DNA from: Octopus sinensis
Lineage: Eukaryota
NCBI RefSeq assembly: GCF_006345805.1
Contig: NC_043010.1
Location: 16,244,001-16,308,000 of the forward strand
Length of the DNA stretch: 64,000 nucleotides
Direction: 5' to 3'
In this document: positions 38,060-49,960 of the stretch, in pieces
Position numbering within the stretch: the first letter of the stretch is position 1
Layout of the letters: every line of letters starts with the position of its first letter
Translations under genes and position numbers: made by a program
Notes under the pieces: model-generated
Database searches by the model: none
What the model saw: the letters and a program-made list of their open reading frames with translations, nothing else
What the model was told of the DNA's origin: nothing

Positions 38060-38660
38060 TCCACCTCAAATAGTGCTGTCCATTATGGTCCCCCTACAAA
38101 AAACGAGACATAATGAGGATTGAAACACCACAAAGATCAATCACAAAAAAAATAAATGATATGATGGGACTTGATTATTGGGCCCGACTTAAACAGCTGA
38201 AGCTCTATTCTCTGCAACGCTGCCATGAGCGATACATTATTTGCACCTTGTGGAAAATATTCCACCAATATTATCCAAATGATATTGGTATTATGTTTCC
38301 AATTTACCCAAGACTAGGCTCCTGTGCAATGCGTCCCCTACAAAGGTCAAGATCACATCACATAAGAATATTGCAACACAATTTTTACACTGCAAATGGT
38401 CCTGCACTTTTCAGTGTTATCCCAAAAGAAATTAAAGTAGAAAAAGACCCCACAACTTTCAAATGGTACCTGGACAAATTCCTGCAGGAAATACCAGATA
38501 AACCACCTACACCTGGATACATCTCAACCAACAACAACAACAACTCTGCTTGAGTGGTCCATGGTGTCCCGAAATAATTAACTAAAAGACTTTTCCAGGT
38601 GGCGCTACTGAGTTAGTCATGGCCTGGGCCGATAATGGCTGAAACCAATCCAAGACAAGA
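38060..38660 (+). mobile_element. CR1-like LINE 3' end
   Basis: CCPLWSPY...IETPQRSITKKI...YWARLKQLKLYSLQRCHERYIICTLWKI...LDKFLQEIPDKPPTPGY, then a short 3' UTR ending in caagacaagac. Confidence 0.82.
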
Positions 38661-39431
38661 CATGCATGTATGTGCACGACCACACACACTTCCCCACCTG
38701 TCTCTCTCTTGTAATGCTCTTTAAATTACAATTTTATCAACATTGGTCATGGATGGTTTCCTTCTCTACACACTATCCTGCTGTAGAGACAGATTTGGGT
38801 TCTACTGATCTGATAACAACCATTTCAAATCTGCAACCCTCATCAACATTCTGTCAGTCTCATATCCATGGTGGTCCAGACAAGACCGTCTCTTTCTCAT
38901 CCCTTCTCTAGTTGATAGATTTAAAACAGTCAAATATTTCTAATAGCTATTGCTTATTGAGACATTAATGTCTTTAACACTGAGAATTGTGGAGTTTCTT
39001 CACCCTTGTATACAATACAAACTTTCTCTGGTAATTAACTTTCCTTCCTGTTGATTGGTCAAGCTGTGTGTATTGTAAATTCCTTGATAAGTAAACACAC
39101 ACACACACACTCACGCAAGTGCATACCATTTTGGTGCCTTTTATGTAAAATGAAATTTTCAGTTGCTTGTAAATTTTGTCTCAAATTGTATTGAAATATA
39201 ATTTTTAGAAACAGGTCTTATATGTTAGATTGTTTAGAATTTCTAAATTGCTATTCAGCTTTTATTAGTATTCTTCTGCCACTATATTATTATTATTGTA
39301 CTATTAAGATTCTTAAGAAATCAACCTCTGAGAATTTAATTCCATTGAAGAAATTGGATTGGCTAAAATCTTTAAGCAGGAACACTTTTTATTGCCTGTC
39401 TTAAAATGTTAAACCTTTCCTAGATTTTTAA

Positions 39432-39649
39432 CGCTTTAGCATTCAGATTATTCTGTCAAATGTAATGCTTATTTATTTGTATTAATTTGAATTAACCCTG
39501 CCCTAGACTTGTAGCTTTTGAGATTTCAGTGATGTGGTTATATATTTCTAGAACGACATTGTAGGCTAGGTGTGAGAAGCTGTATCTGACCAGTTTAAAA
39601 TGGGGGAGAATATTTGGGCCTAATATGGCCAGTTTAAATGCTAAAAGGG
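39432..39649. mobile_element. piggyBac-like MITE, same family
   Basis: TTAA|cgctttagcattcag ... atgctaaaaggg|ttca. Internal similarity to 32643-32826. Confidence 0.68.
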
Positions 39650-39859
39650 TTCATCTTGTGAGTGATACTGGTGTAATGTATTCTGTTTCTTATATTGGTG
39701 GTTCAGGTATTATGCTACACAAGTCTCTCTCTCATTTCGAATGTTCTTGGGATTAACTCAACATCACAAGAGATGTGATCAATGTACACCATTCTAGGTC
39801 ATCTGTGAGAATTCCCACTACTCAGGACACACATTATAGAAAATTGAAAGAATCCCATC

Positions 39860-40080
39860 ACGTGTGTGTGGGTGTGTGTGCATCTCTTTGTCTTGACATC
39901 AGGTGTTACCATCGTACTGGCAGTGTTCTCCATTTCCAATCTCCTGTGAAAAATACCTCGTCTTGGAGAAATATTTCCTTACTTTGAAACAGGTGCGGGG
40001 TGGCAACAAGACGGGTATTCAGACAGAAAATCTGCCCCATAAAGCATGGGGAAATGGACATTAAAATAATGATGATGATG
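39860..40080 (+). mobile_element. SINE-B tail type 2 fragment
   Basis: (TG)n ctctttgtcttgacatc...catttccaatctcctgtgaaaa...gaaaatctgcc...gatgatgatg. Confidence 0.65.
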
Positions 40081-40446
40081 CTATCAGAACATGCAGGTAA
40101 TGCTTGGTATATCGAGAAAAGAAAAGATCTGTAGATTGCATTTGGTCACTTGCAGGATTAGCTTTGTTCAATGTAAGCTGACCTGTGGCTAAAAAAACAA
40201 CTTGGTGTTTTATCATCATCATCGGGGGTGGGGATGGGGTCATCTACGTGTATACATACGTGCACTGTATGTTTATACAGGCATGTGTGTGTGTGTATGC
40301 GCAAGTACATATATGCAGTTTATTGATCATTTCAAAAGTATACTGTATTTCCTCCTTCCTGTCCAATCCCAGGTGGTTTTGTTAAATATTGGACAGGCAG
40401 ATACAAGGAGTTCCAACTTGTTCATTTCTTGTATTTTTCATTTCAG

Positions 40447-40595
40447 CATCTCCAGTCATTCCAATTCTTGACATCAGGGGCATGGAATCTTTGGGTTATT
40501 CAAGACAAGAAAAAATATTGAGATGCAAGTTGGCTGCCTGTTACCGTTTGATAGACTTTTTCGGTTGGTCACATGGGATTTACAACCATATTACA
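40447..40595 (+). CDS. hts: Adducin coding exon (ASPVIPILDIRG...YNHIT)
   Basis: Acceptor ttttcatttcag|CA completes G+CA=Ala with the previous exon. Donor ACA|gtaagt, phase 0. Hallmark EKILRCKLA..YRL.D.FGW...IYNHIT. Confidence 0.95.
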
Positions 40596-42345
40596 GTAAG
40601 TAGAACTCTGAATATCTTCTTTGTATTTTTCCAGGAGTGGATTGAAGCAACTTTGTTGATAATGGGGTCTACAGGCTTACTCCTCTCTTAATAAAAAAAT
40701 CAGAACAAGCACCTTTCATTTCATTTCACTTGTAATGAATAAGTTGTATTAGAAATTTGTTTTGCCAATAATTTTATTGCAATTTTCTAATGTTTAGACT
40801 CCCACCCTATCTTTCCCACCTGCTATCACAGATTGAGAATTCACTCGTCAGTCAATGCATTTTGGCCAAGTTTATAATTAACGGTGTATCTAATGCTTAA
40901 ACAAATGACTCTTTTGGTTCGTATGCTAATATTAAAATTTGCATAATGATGCAACTCCTGTTAAAAGTAGTAGTTGTAGCAGAAACAGCAGTACTCCCAC
41001 CACCACCACCAGCAGCAGCGGCAGCAGCGGCAGCAGCAGTAGCATTGCTACAGTAGCAGAAAAAGGGAAATGTTAATGTTTTCTCTAAGACTCCATCTGA
41101 TACGTTGTGGACTTCATGTTTTAGATACTTTCTAAAGGTTACCTCTATAGACTCTGCTCTGTTTTGAGGTGAACGATTTTCAATTTTATTCTATTTTATT
41201 TAAGAAATACCAGAGAAGAGGGTTTGGAAGATAGAACTTTGGAAGTAGATGGGAAAAGTTAGGTGAAGTGGTTTACTGTTCCAAAAACAAACAAAAAACA
41301 TACCAATCCATACTAAGTTACTAAGCAACAGTTAGTGTTATAAAGCTAAATAGAGCAACTCTTTAAGCTGGCAGAGTACATCTAGTAAGTACCTTTTCAG
41401 TGAAATAGTGCCAAACACTAGTTGAATCTGTTCAGCTGCTAGTTTATCTTGCTGCTTCTTGTTCAACATAAGTTATGTATTCAGCAGTCATTTACTCAGC
41501 TATGTTCAACTGACACAAAAGTTTTTTACTTTGTATTGTTTGGCAGCTTTACCAGCTCCACCCTTCACAGAATCTCCCTTCACTCTGCTTAAACCATTTT
41601 ACTTTCTTTTTCTTTTTGATTCTCCCTGCATTTTACCCATATAAATCTTGACATTCTTTCAGTTTGATATACCACCTACTCCCAATTTGCTAGCTATGGT
41701 GGTGTTTTCCTGCTGAAGTTGGGCTGCTGTGTGTGTGTGTGCACGCGCGTGCGTGCTAGATTATAAGGCAACTTCCTCTCTGTGGTGTAATAATTCTTAT
41801 TCTAGAACCAACACTTTTTTTGTCATATGATATCTAGATCCAGGTCACCTGCTCAGTTTTCTGCAACCTACTTACTGCTTCTATTTATAATAATAATAAT
41901 TATTATTTCTTTTATTAGCCACAGGGGCATAGATGAGGGGGACATGACAAGGAAGGCAACAATTTGTGTGGGTATTTTCAAAGGGTGGGGGGGAAAGAAA
42001 TGGAAAAGACAGTGAAATATGATAAATGCATACATAGTACACAAGGTATGTGATAACATGAATGATGCAGTCCTGCTGATACGAAAGAGGTTGCAACCTG
42101 GGGCCAATCAAGGAACCCCACAGATTCAGGATTACCTTGACAACCAGAGGTACAAGTCCTTTCCAGCTGTCCAATCTATATGCACATACTTAGAGTAGGG
42201 CCATTCTAACCATTTCTACAACAGTCACGCATCTTCTCACAAATTTACTGGGGGTTGCACCTCCCATTTCAAATAAACAAGGACTTGGCCAAAGAGGAAG
42301 GTAGTCAGTTTAGTCTTCTCAGTCCTATCCACCACACAACCTCTT

Positions 42346-42363
42346 TTGCCACCAGAGGGCAGC
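42346..42363 (+). promoter_or_regulatory. CTCF-like motif
   Basis: TTGCCACCAGAGGGCAGC closely matches the CCACCAGRKGGCRS core. Confidence 0.4.
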
Positions 42364-42959
42364 TGCTTGCCCTTCCCAACCAAAGGAAGACAGCTGAGCA
42401 ATCTTGACATTGGTGTCGACCAAAAGTTGGGTCTCTTAGCTCTGTCTTTCAAGCAGTAGCAGCTATTCAGCATAACTGTACAAATGCATAGTGTTTCTTC
42501 GGCACAAGGCCAGTAATTTCGAGGGGAAAGGGTTTGTTGACCCTGTATTTTATTGATCCCAAAGGGATGAAAGGAACATAATGAGCCATGACAAATACTG
42601 CAAGGCCCAAAGCCAGCAAGCTTGAAAGGAATGGATTGGTACCATTGATTGCAGTGTTTCACAGGCTCTTCATTTTACTGCTTCCAAAAAGATGAAATGG
42701 TTGAATTTTGCAATAATTCAGTTTCATGTCATAGAAATTTGAAATATTTTGTCAGTTTAAGATACCATTGATGGCCTCCTTATCATTGTTGGTCTGTTAT
42801 GATGCTACATTCTGGATAAATTTTGTTTTCAAATCCATCCTTCAATATATACACTATTTTGCTCCTAAATTTGTGGAAGATAGGAACATTCCTGCTTCCC
42901 ATTTCTATATCCCTTAAATCTAAGGTTTCCCATCTATTTAGGAAATCCTAAACATCAAC

Positions 42960-43944
42960 TTCTTGTTTCTCAATTTTTAATGGACCTTGGACTTGATCTC
43001 ATTAGTCTCTCTTTCAACGGTGCTCCACACGTAGTAGTCCTTGGTGTTCAAATCTGGCGAGTTTGGGGGCCACATAATGGGTGTTACATAATCGTAAAGA
43101 TTGTCTGACAACCACCATTCTTGGGTGACTAGGCCTTTGTGAGAAGATGCTGAATCTTGTTGAAACACAAATGGCCTTCCATTGCATACTTCATCAATCC
43201 AGGGCTTGATAAGTTCCAGTACCTCAATGTATCCAGCAGCAGAAAAAAGTGGGGAGGCATCACATGACCTTCACTACTCACCACTCCTAAAACCTTCACA
43301 GTTGCTGGAGATTTCATGTGCATCACTCCAGGTACTTCAGAAGGATCTGCACATAACTACCTGTCAGTTCTTCTGTTAGATCCTGGTCAAAGTTTTTTGC
43401 ATCAGAGAGAAACCTAAGCATGCCTTGAGGGTTTTTAACTTTAACTAAACGTTTTGAATGGATGAGGCGGTTTTCCTGTGTCTTTGCAGACATGAAGTGG
43501 TCTTTCCTCATTACATAGGACTTGTATTGAATCTCACGATGTACCACAGTTCTGATAGTCCACTCTGACACCTGAAGTTCTTTAGCAGTGGAACTCATTG
43601 ATCTTCTGGGGTTTTCATCGATAATGTTTTGAAGATGTCTTCTTTTGTGTCTGAGTGTTGTGAATGTTTTTTTTCTCCTTGATACAGGTGAAACATTACC
43701 ATCACATTCCTCCAATTCCAACCAAAACTTTGTGTACAAATGATCTTGCAACATTTAGAAAGTTGCTAATTTCTAAATCACTGTGGTTTGCATGTATAAC
43801 AACTGTGACTGCATCTCTTTCCATTTCTTTAGTTAGCATGATGTCTTGAAAGGGTTATCTGGGAAAAAAAATATGATACATTAAATAATTTGAAGCTGTA
43901 ATGTACTAAAAATAAAATGTCCTCAAATACCCCTTGCACCCTAC
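42960..43944 (-). mobile_element. Tc1/mariner (DD37D, maT-like) transposase fossil 1
   Basis: FLSDAKNF, KSPATVKVLGVVSSEGHVMPPHFF, FQQDSASSH and WPPNSPDLNTKDYYVW on the minus strand with frameshifts. TIR-like end ...ttgcaccctac at about 43944. Confidence 0.85.
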
Positions 43945-43957
43945 ACACACACACACA

Positions 43958-45233
43958 CAGGGTACACAGATGGTATTCATTTGCATGATGACTGTCTCAG
44001 AAAAAAATAAAACTTTTTATTTTTTTTTAGATATATTTGTCAAATTTGGGTCAGTTTGTCTTCATGACGCATTGTGTTGGTGTAACTGAGTGACCCCACC
44101 GTTGGCCTTGACAGCCTCCAGATGACCTCAGAATTGGCCACAGGCCTTCATCACTATCTCTCGTTTTAGGACCTTGAATATCCTGGTAATCCTGGCCCTC
44201 AACTCATTCTTTGTGTGGCAACTACATTTGTTGGTCTCTCGTTTCACCATGCCCCTCACAGAGGAGTCAAAGGGGTTGCAGTCATGTGAGTTGGGAGGCC
44301 AAATGTCAGATGCTGTGTGATCAAAGAAATTCTCTGACAGTCAGGCCTCGGTCTTCCATCTGATGTGGCAGGGTGTAGAGTCTTGCTGCTACATGTATGG
44401 CCTCCCTGCTGCTACCCAGTTGATCCCGGGCTTCACCACCTCACTCACAACACAGCTGTAGCCCTTGGGTGTTTAGCCTAAGGTTCTTCGGGAAGAATTG
44501 GAGTAGCATGCTGTTACCTTCATTGCTGACCACAATGAAGACTATGATTATCCTTAGAAATTTCGTCTGCATGATTCTGAGCACAACCTTTGGTGAGACT
44601 GCGAACCAGCTCTTGTGCTGGGAGTTGATCTTCTGGTCTTGGCTAAAATTTTTCTCATCAGAGAAGGATCACACTATGTCAGGCCTTTCTACCCCATGTC
44701 TGGTTTCAGCTTCTTGGGTGGGATTCAATTGCTTTTCTTGCATCATCTTTGGCATGAATTGTTCGTTCCTCATCTCGTATAAAAAGTAGCAATTGTTCTC
44801 CTACACCACCAGCTTGGTGAGGCTATCATCCTGTGCAGTGGCACACATTGACTTGCTGCGATCATTGTTGATGATCTCCTGAATCTCAATAATGAATTCT
44901 GGCATTCTGATGGTGTCAGATCATCAATCATGGGTTTTCCTTTCTGCTGTCGCTTTATAGTTGAATTCTGAATCTTCCAGCTCCTTTCTCACCTTTTCCA
45001 CCATCCTTCTACTGACGTTGAGGAAGTCTGAAATCTTGTTTTTCCTTCTGGTGCCGCTTCTACAAATTTGTGGGGTTGGAATGGGTCAGAATTTTCCATA
45101 GTCAATTTTTCTGCAAAAATCAAGCAAAAATAGTTACTGTTTTTAAGAAGAAAATGACTGACAACAAAAGTAAAAAAAGATTATGCATAAAATTAGCTGC
45201 GGAAAATTGCAAACGAATACCGTCCACACCCTG
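43958..45233 (-). mobile_element. Tc1/mariner (DD37D, maT-like) transposon fossil 2 with degenerate TIRs
   Basis: QQDSTPCH...WPPNSHDCNPFD has exactly 37 residues between the second and third Asp. Termini cagggtacacagatggtattcatttgca and (reverse complement) cagggtgtggacggtattcgtttgca. Confidence 0.82.
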
Positions 45234-45538
45234 TTTTAAAATCCCTCTCTCACACACAGCAGCAGAAATGTATGTCTTAGCTTTAACTTAAATCATTACA
45301 GTGTTTTCTAAATTGAAGACAAGCTTAAAAGGTTCCTCTAAGTGGCTGTTTCATTTGCTGGAAATAGCAGTAAAATCTTGCAGTTCATCCCCAATTGTCT
45401 TATGTAAAGGCATCTTTCAGGGATAAAGTATTCAACAAATGAGTAATAAAACAATATTCATTGATCTCTTGGAGGTCAACATTTTATTTATAGGATTATT
45501 GAAGTGTTTAAGATAGAAATTGACTGTTAATATTTTAA

Positions 45539-45756
45539 CCCTTTCGTTAGCAATCTGGCTGAAACTGGCTCTGACTCTGAGTACAAACGTCTTGTTTTCA
45601 TAAGTTTTGAATTAAAATCTTCCACCAAACCTAAGTCCCAATTTATGTTCCTAACACTAGCTGAATGCTAGCTAAGTTATTTTACTAAATTCTTTATCTT
45701 CAAAATTAGTTGAAGGAAACGCAGAGCATCTCAAAATAAATACAGTAACAACAGGG
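45539..45756. mobile_element. Second piggyBac-like MITE family
   Basis: TTAA|ccctttcgtta ... taacaacaggg|TTAA (9/11 TIR match). Interior unrelated to the first family. Confidence 0.68.
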
Positions 45757-45956
45757 TTAATGTAAATAATATTTACTGCTAATAGTAACTCAGATATATC
45801 CTTGATGGAATAACAGGTACCTGGTTGCGCATAACCGGGAATATGGTTGCCTTCCAAGAGTTAGATATGTGGTTTAAGTACCATCTTCTATCTCCAGTTG
45901 GTAATCTTAAGATCAAATTTATTGGCAATATTGTTAGATCCTGTTTGTGTCTAATG

Positions 45957-46303
45957 TAGGCATAGGAGTGGCTGTGTGGTAAGTAGCTTGCATGGTTCCG
46001 GGTTCAGTCCCACTGCGTGGCACCTTGGGCAAGTGTCTTCTACTATAGCCTCGGGCCAACCAAAGCCTTGTGAGTGGATTTGGTAGACGGAAACTGAAAG
46101 AAGCCGGTCGTATATATGTATATATATATGTGTGTGTGTGTGTGTATGTGTTTGTACCCCCAACATCGCTTAGCAGTTCGTCAAAAGAGACCGATAGAAT
46201 AAGTACTAGGCTTACAAAGAATAAGCCCTGGGGTCGATTTGCTCGACTAAAGGCGGTGCTCCAGCATGACCACAGTCACATGACTGAAACAGGTAAAAGA
46301 GTA
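45957..46303 (+). mobile_element. SINE-B (tRNA-like head, central (TA)(TG)n, tail type 1)
   Basis: ggagtggctgtgtggtaag...gggttcagtccc...ccttgggcaagtgtcttctactatagcc...ggaaactgaaagaagc, microsatellite, tail ...cagcatgaccacagtc...gtaaaagagt. Confidence 0.88.
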
Positions 46304-47574
46304 ATGTAGACTGTTATCTTGTCCTTTTGATGTTGGTAGTGTTGTCCTCTGTCCAGAAAATTCTTAGAAGGTAGAAAAGAGAGAAAGAAGTACTTATCTT
46401 TTCTGTGTGTGTGTTGGCACTGGTAGTCTTCTGCCATTTCAACTGAAGACATTCCTGCTTGAGTTTTTTTTCAATGACTCTTCCTTTGTTTTTTCTTCTT
46501 CCTCCTCCTCTTCTCTATCTACACAACAAGCTTCCCCTTCTCCCACCAACTTGTCACATTTTTAGTTACCCTGACAAATAAACAGCAGCAGCAGCTTCTC
46601 AGAACATAAAGATGCTTTCTGATTCATTGCTGCCATTAGTGAAATGAACTTAGTCAATGGGATTTGTGTATTTGTTGGTGTGTGTGTGTGTAAACAGGAA
46701 CACAGGCATATATTTATATATACCCGTGTGTGTGTGTGTAAAAGGCACTCTGAGCTTAATGCAACATTAAAACATGTTGAAATATTTTATTGTAATAGAA
46801 ATCAAAACCCCCCAAAATATAATAGGAATAATACTTGAACAAGTCGTTGTCACCAACTGCATCCATCTGTTGTTTGTTGTGAGGTTGACTACTTTATTAA
46901 ATATAATTGATTGTCTTATGTTTCTACCTCCATCTGTTTTCATTAAAACAGACTGCAACTCTATAGCTATTAGTTTAAAATTTAATTAACTGTTTGATTG
47001 TTGCAGTGGAGTTGTTTGCTACTGTGATATTGCTACAACTAATGGCAGTTTGGTATTTAACCATTTTCCAACTGAAAGCATTAATGTCAAACAGTAATAA
47101 ATACCAAACATGTGCTTACTATTTTTTTGTTTCAAATTTCATCTGGTTTCCATAAGAGAGAGATGGTTCTCTCCCCATGTCCCCATTTGTCAAGAGTTAT
47201 TTAAATTATGAACTCCGCAACGAAGCCATTTTAGTTTTCTTGTTCTTGTTTCCATTTTTGTTTGAAATCCTCCAGGGATCTTACAAATGACTTCAACTGA
47301 AGCAAAAGGCTGTTCTCCTATTTCAGTGACATCAAATCTCTTCTACACATAACACCATTACTCTTATGGCCATTCACTGCTGAAGAATGTGTTTAAACAT
47401 TGCTTTATTTTCTTGTATTAAATTTAACCTTTTCTTATGCCAGTCAGACTATACTTTCATAAACATTAAAACTCACACTGAAACTTTTATTTTTACAAAA
47501 ATCTCATCTTGGATTTGAGATTTTCATCTTTTGTTTTACAGAAATTCTTTCAAATGTAACTTTGTTGTCACCAA

Positions 47575-47800
47575 TATCATCATCATCATCATCATCTTTT
47601 AACACCCATTTTCCTTGCTGGCAAGGTTGGACAGTTTGACAAAAGCTGGCAAATCAGAGCTGCACCAGGTTCCATTTGTCTGCTTTGGCATGGTTTCTAC
47701 AACTGGGTGCCCTTCTTAATGCCAATCACTTTACAAAGTGTACTGGGTGCTTTTTAGGTAGCACCAACACAGGTGCTTTTTATGTGGCACTGATGTGGGT
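47575..47800 (-). mobile_element. SINE-C copy, degenerate
   Basis: (cat)n cttttaacacccattttccttgctggc...gggtgcccttcttaatgccaatcact. Confidence 0.72.
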
Positions 47801-49329
47801 ATCTCTCTATTTCATAAAATTCAGAAATTACACAACATACATTCCAACAATAATAATTTCAGATATTGAAATTTTGGAAAGATTTTCATGATTTCCTTAA
47901 GTGTTGAAGTTTTGAATTTGGTAAACTAGATGAGCCTTTCTGCAGCCCTCTTTGAGATCCCAGTTTTGCAAAATTACAGTGAAAATGTTTTTTGCTTACT
48001 TAACCAAGAAATACAGATTTATAATTTCTGCATCGTTTGACTTTATTCTTTTCTTTCTAATTTGTTTGAGAGCAGTTTCTGCTTTCAACTGTATGAATTC
48101 CCTGCTTTCAACTATATGAAAAATTCCTTTAGAATTAGTAGTTTCTTTGATATTTCTGTAGGTTAAAACTCCCTACATGGGAATTTCAGCTACAAATTTG
48201 TTGTGTACAACATTCGCTACATCATACCATGAACATAATTTATTCAAATTCAAATCAATGATCCATTTTAATTTTTTTATATTTTCCTCTGCAATTTTTT
48301 TTCTTTTTTTGTCTGGCCACCTTAGCTGCAAAAACATTTTTCTTCAACTAAATTACAAGATTTCTCTTCTCCCTCCAGTCTATAAACTTATTCAAATTCA
48401 TAAACTTCTTATTTAGATTCTTCCATGTTGTTCTTTGAGGTTTAAACATCCCTTCTATCCCCATTTGTAATTCTCTCTCCTCCAACAACCTATGCTCTAT
48501 TACTCTTCTCTGTTTATACAGACTCAAGACACTTTATATTCTTTTCTTTCTTAACAACCATAAACAGCAGAAGCCTTCATCATTATCATTTAACATCCAT
48601 TTTTCCATACTGGCAGAGGTTGGACCCTTTTTCAATTTCTTGCTGTTTGAAATGGCTTGAAAAGTAGATCGAGAAAGCCATTAAAAGTTTTTTTCAATAC
48701 TTGATCAATCCAAAATCTATGTTGAACAATCTTCCAGCCACTGTTGAAACGTGGCCTTTTTGTCTTTACACCAAGTTTGACATTTAAACTTCATCAATTT
48801 GCTTTCATTTCCACCATTATCATAGGCATCAAGCTGTTTTCACACAAGCTCCTTGTTTTAAAGTTCAGTTTTGTGCAATTGCTTTGAGACAAACTTTTGT
48901 TTGTTTCAATTTTTATCAAAGGGCATTCTGTTGTTGTTGTTGTGAAATATTATATTCTCTGTTGGTTGTTTTTGATTACAGATTTAGTTTCTTCTCTTAA
49001 CACTTGTCTGTTGTCACACTCCACATACAAACCTGACAACGTCCTCAGAATTGAATCACCTCTGTTTGGCTTTTAGAAACTTATAAACATAAAACTATGT
49101 GTATGCGCATATATGCATGCCCGCACGTGTGTGTCTGTGTGTCCCCATCCCAGCTGGTTGAATCGGCTTGTTTTTACCTACAAGTCAAAATACTGACAGC
49201 TCATAGTGTCATATTCATTGACTCTGTTTATCTGTCAAGAGGTACATTAAGGATTTCATATTCTCAGTTATGTTTCTCTGCTGTTGTATTACCCTAAAGT
49301 TTTCAATATGGAGTGTAAAACCTCTCATG

Positions 49330-49960
49330 TGATAGGAGAAAGATACTTACCAGCATTACTGTTAAGTTTATGGCTCTTTATGTTCCAAGTTCAAATCTTG
49401 CTGAGGGCAACTTTGCCTTTTATTCCTTTGAGGGGTGACAAAATGAAGTACCATTCAAGTATTGGAGATCAATGGTATTGACTAAACCCCTTGCCCCCTA
49501 ATTGCTGGCCTTGCACTGTAATTTGAAACTATTATTATTATTATTAATAATAAGGCGGCAAGCGGGCAGAATTGTTAGCACGCTGGACAAAATGCTACGC
49601 AGTATTTTGTTCATCTTTGTTCTGAGTTCAAATTCCGCCGAGGTTAACTTTGCCTTTCATCCTTTCAGAGTCAATAAATTAAGTACCAGTGAAATACTGA
49701 GGTCAATATAATCAACTTACCCCTCCCCCCAAATTTCAGGCCTTGTGCCTAGAGTAGAAAGGATTAAAGGTAACAAACTAGTAGAATTGTTAGCACACTG
49801 GACAAAATGCATAGCAGCATTCTGCTCATCTGTGCATTCTGAGTTCAAATTCTGCCAAGGTTGACTTTACTTTACATCCCTTTCGGGATTGATAAAATAA
49901 GTACCAGTTGCACACTGGGGTTGAGGTCTTGTGTCTATAGTAGAAAAGATTATTATTATG
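49330..49960 (+). mobile_element. Head-to-tail array of three SINE-A copies
   Basis: Family heads near 49330, 49555 and 49775, each directly after the tail of the previous copy. Confidence 0.85.
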
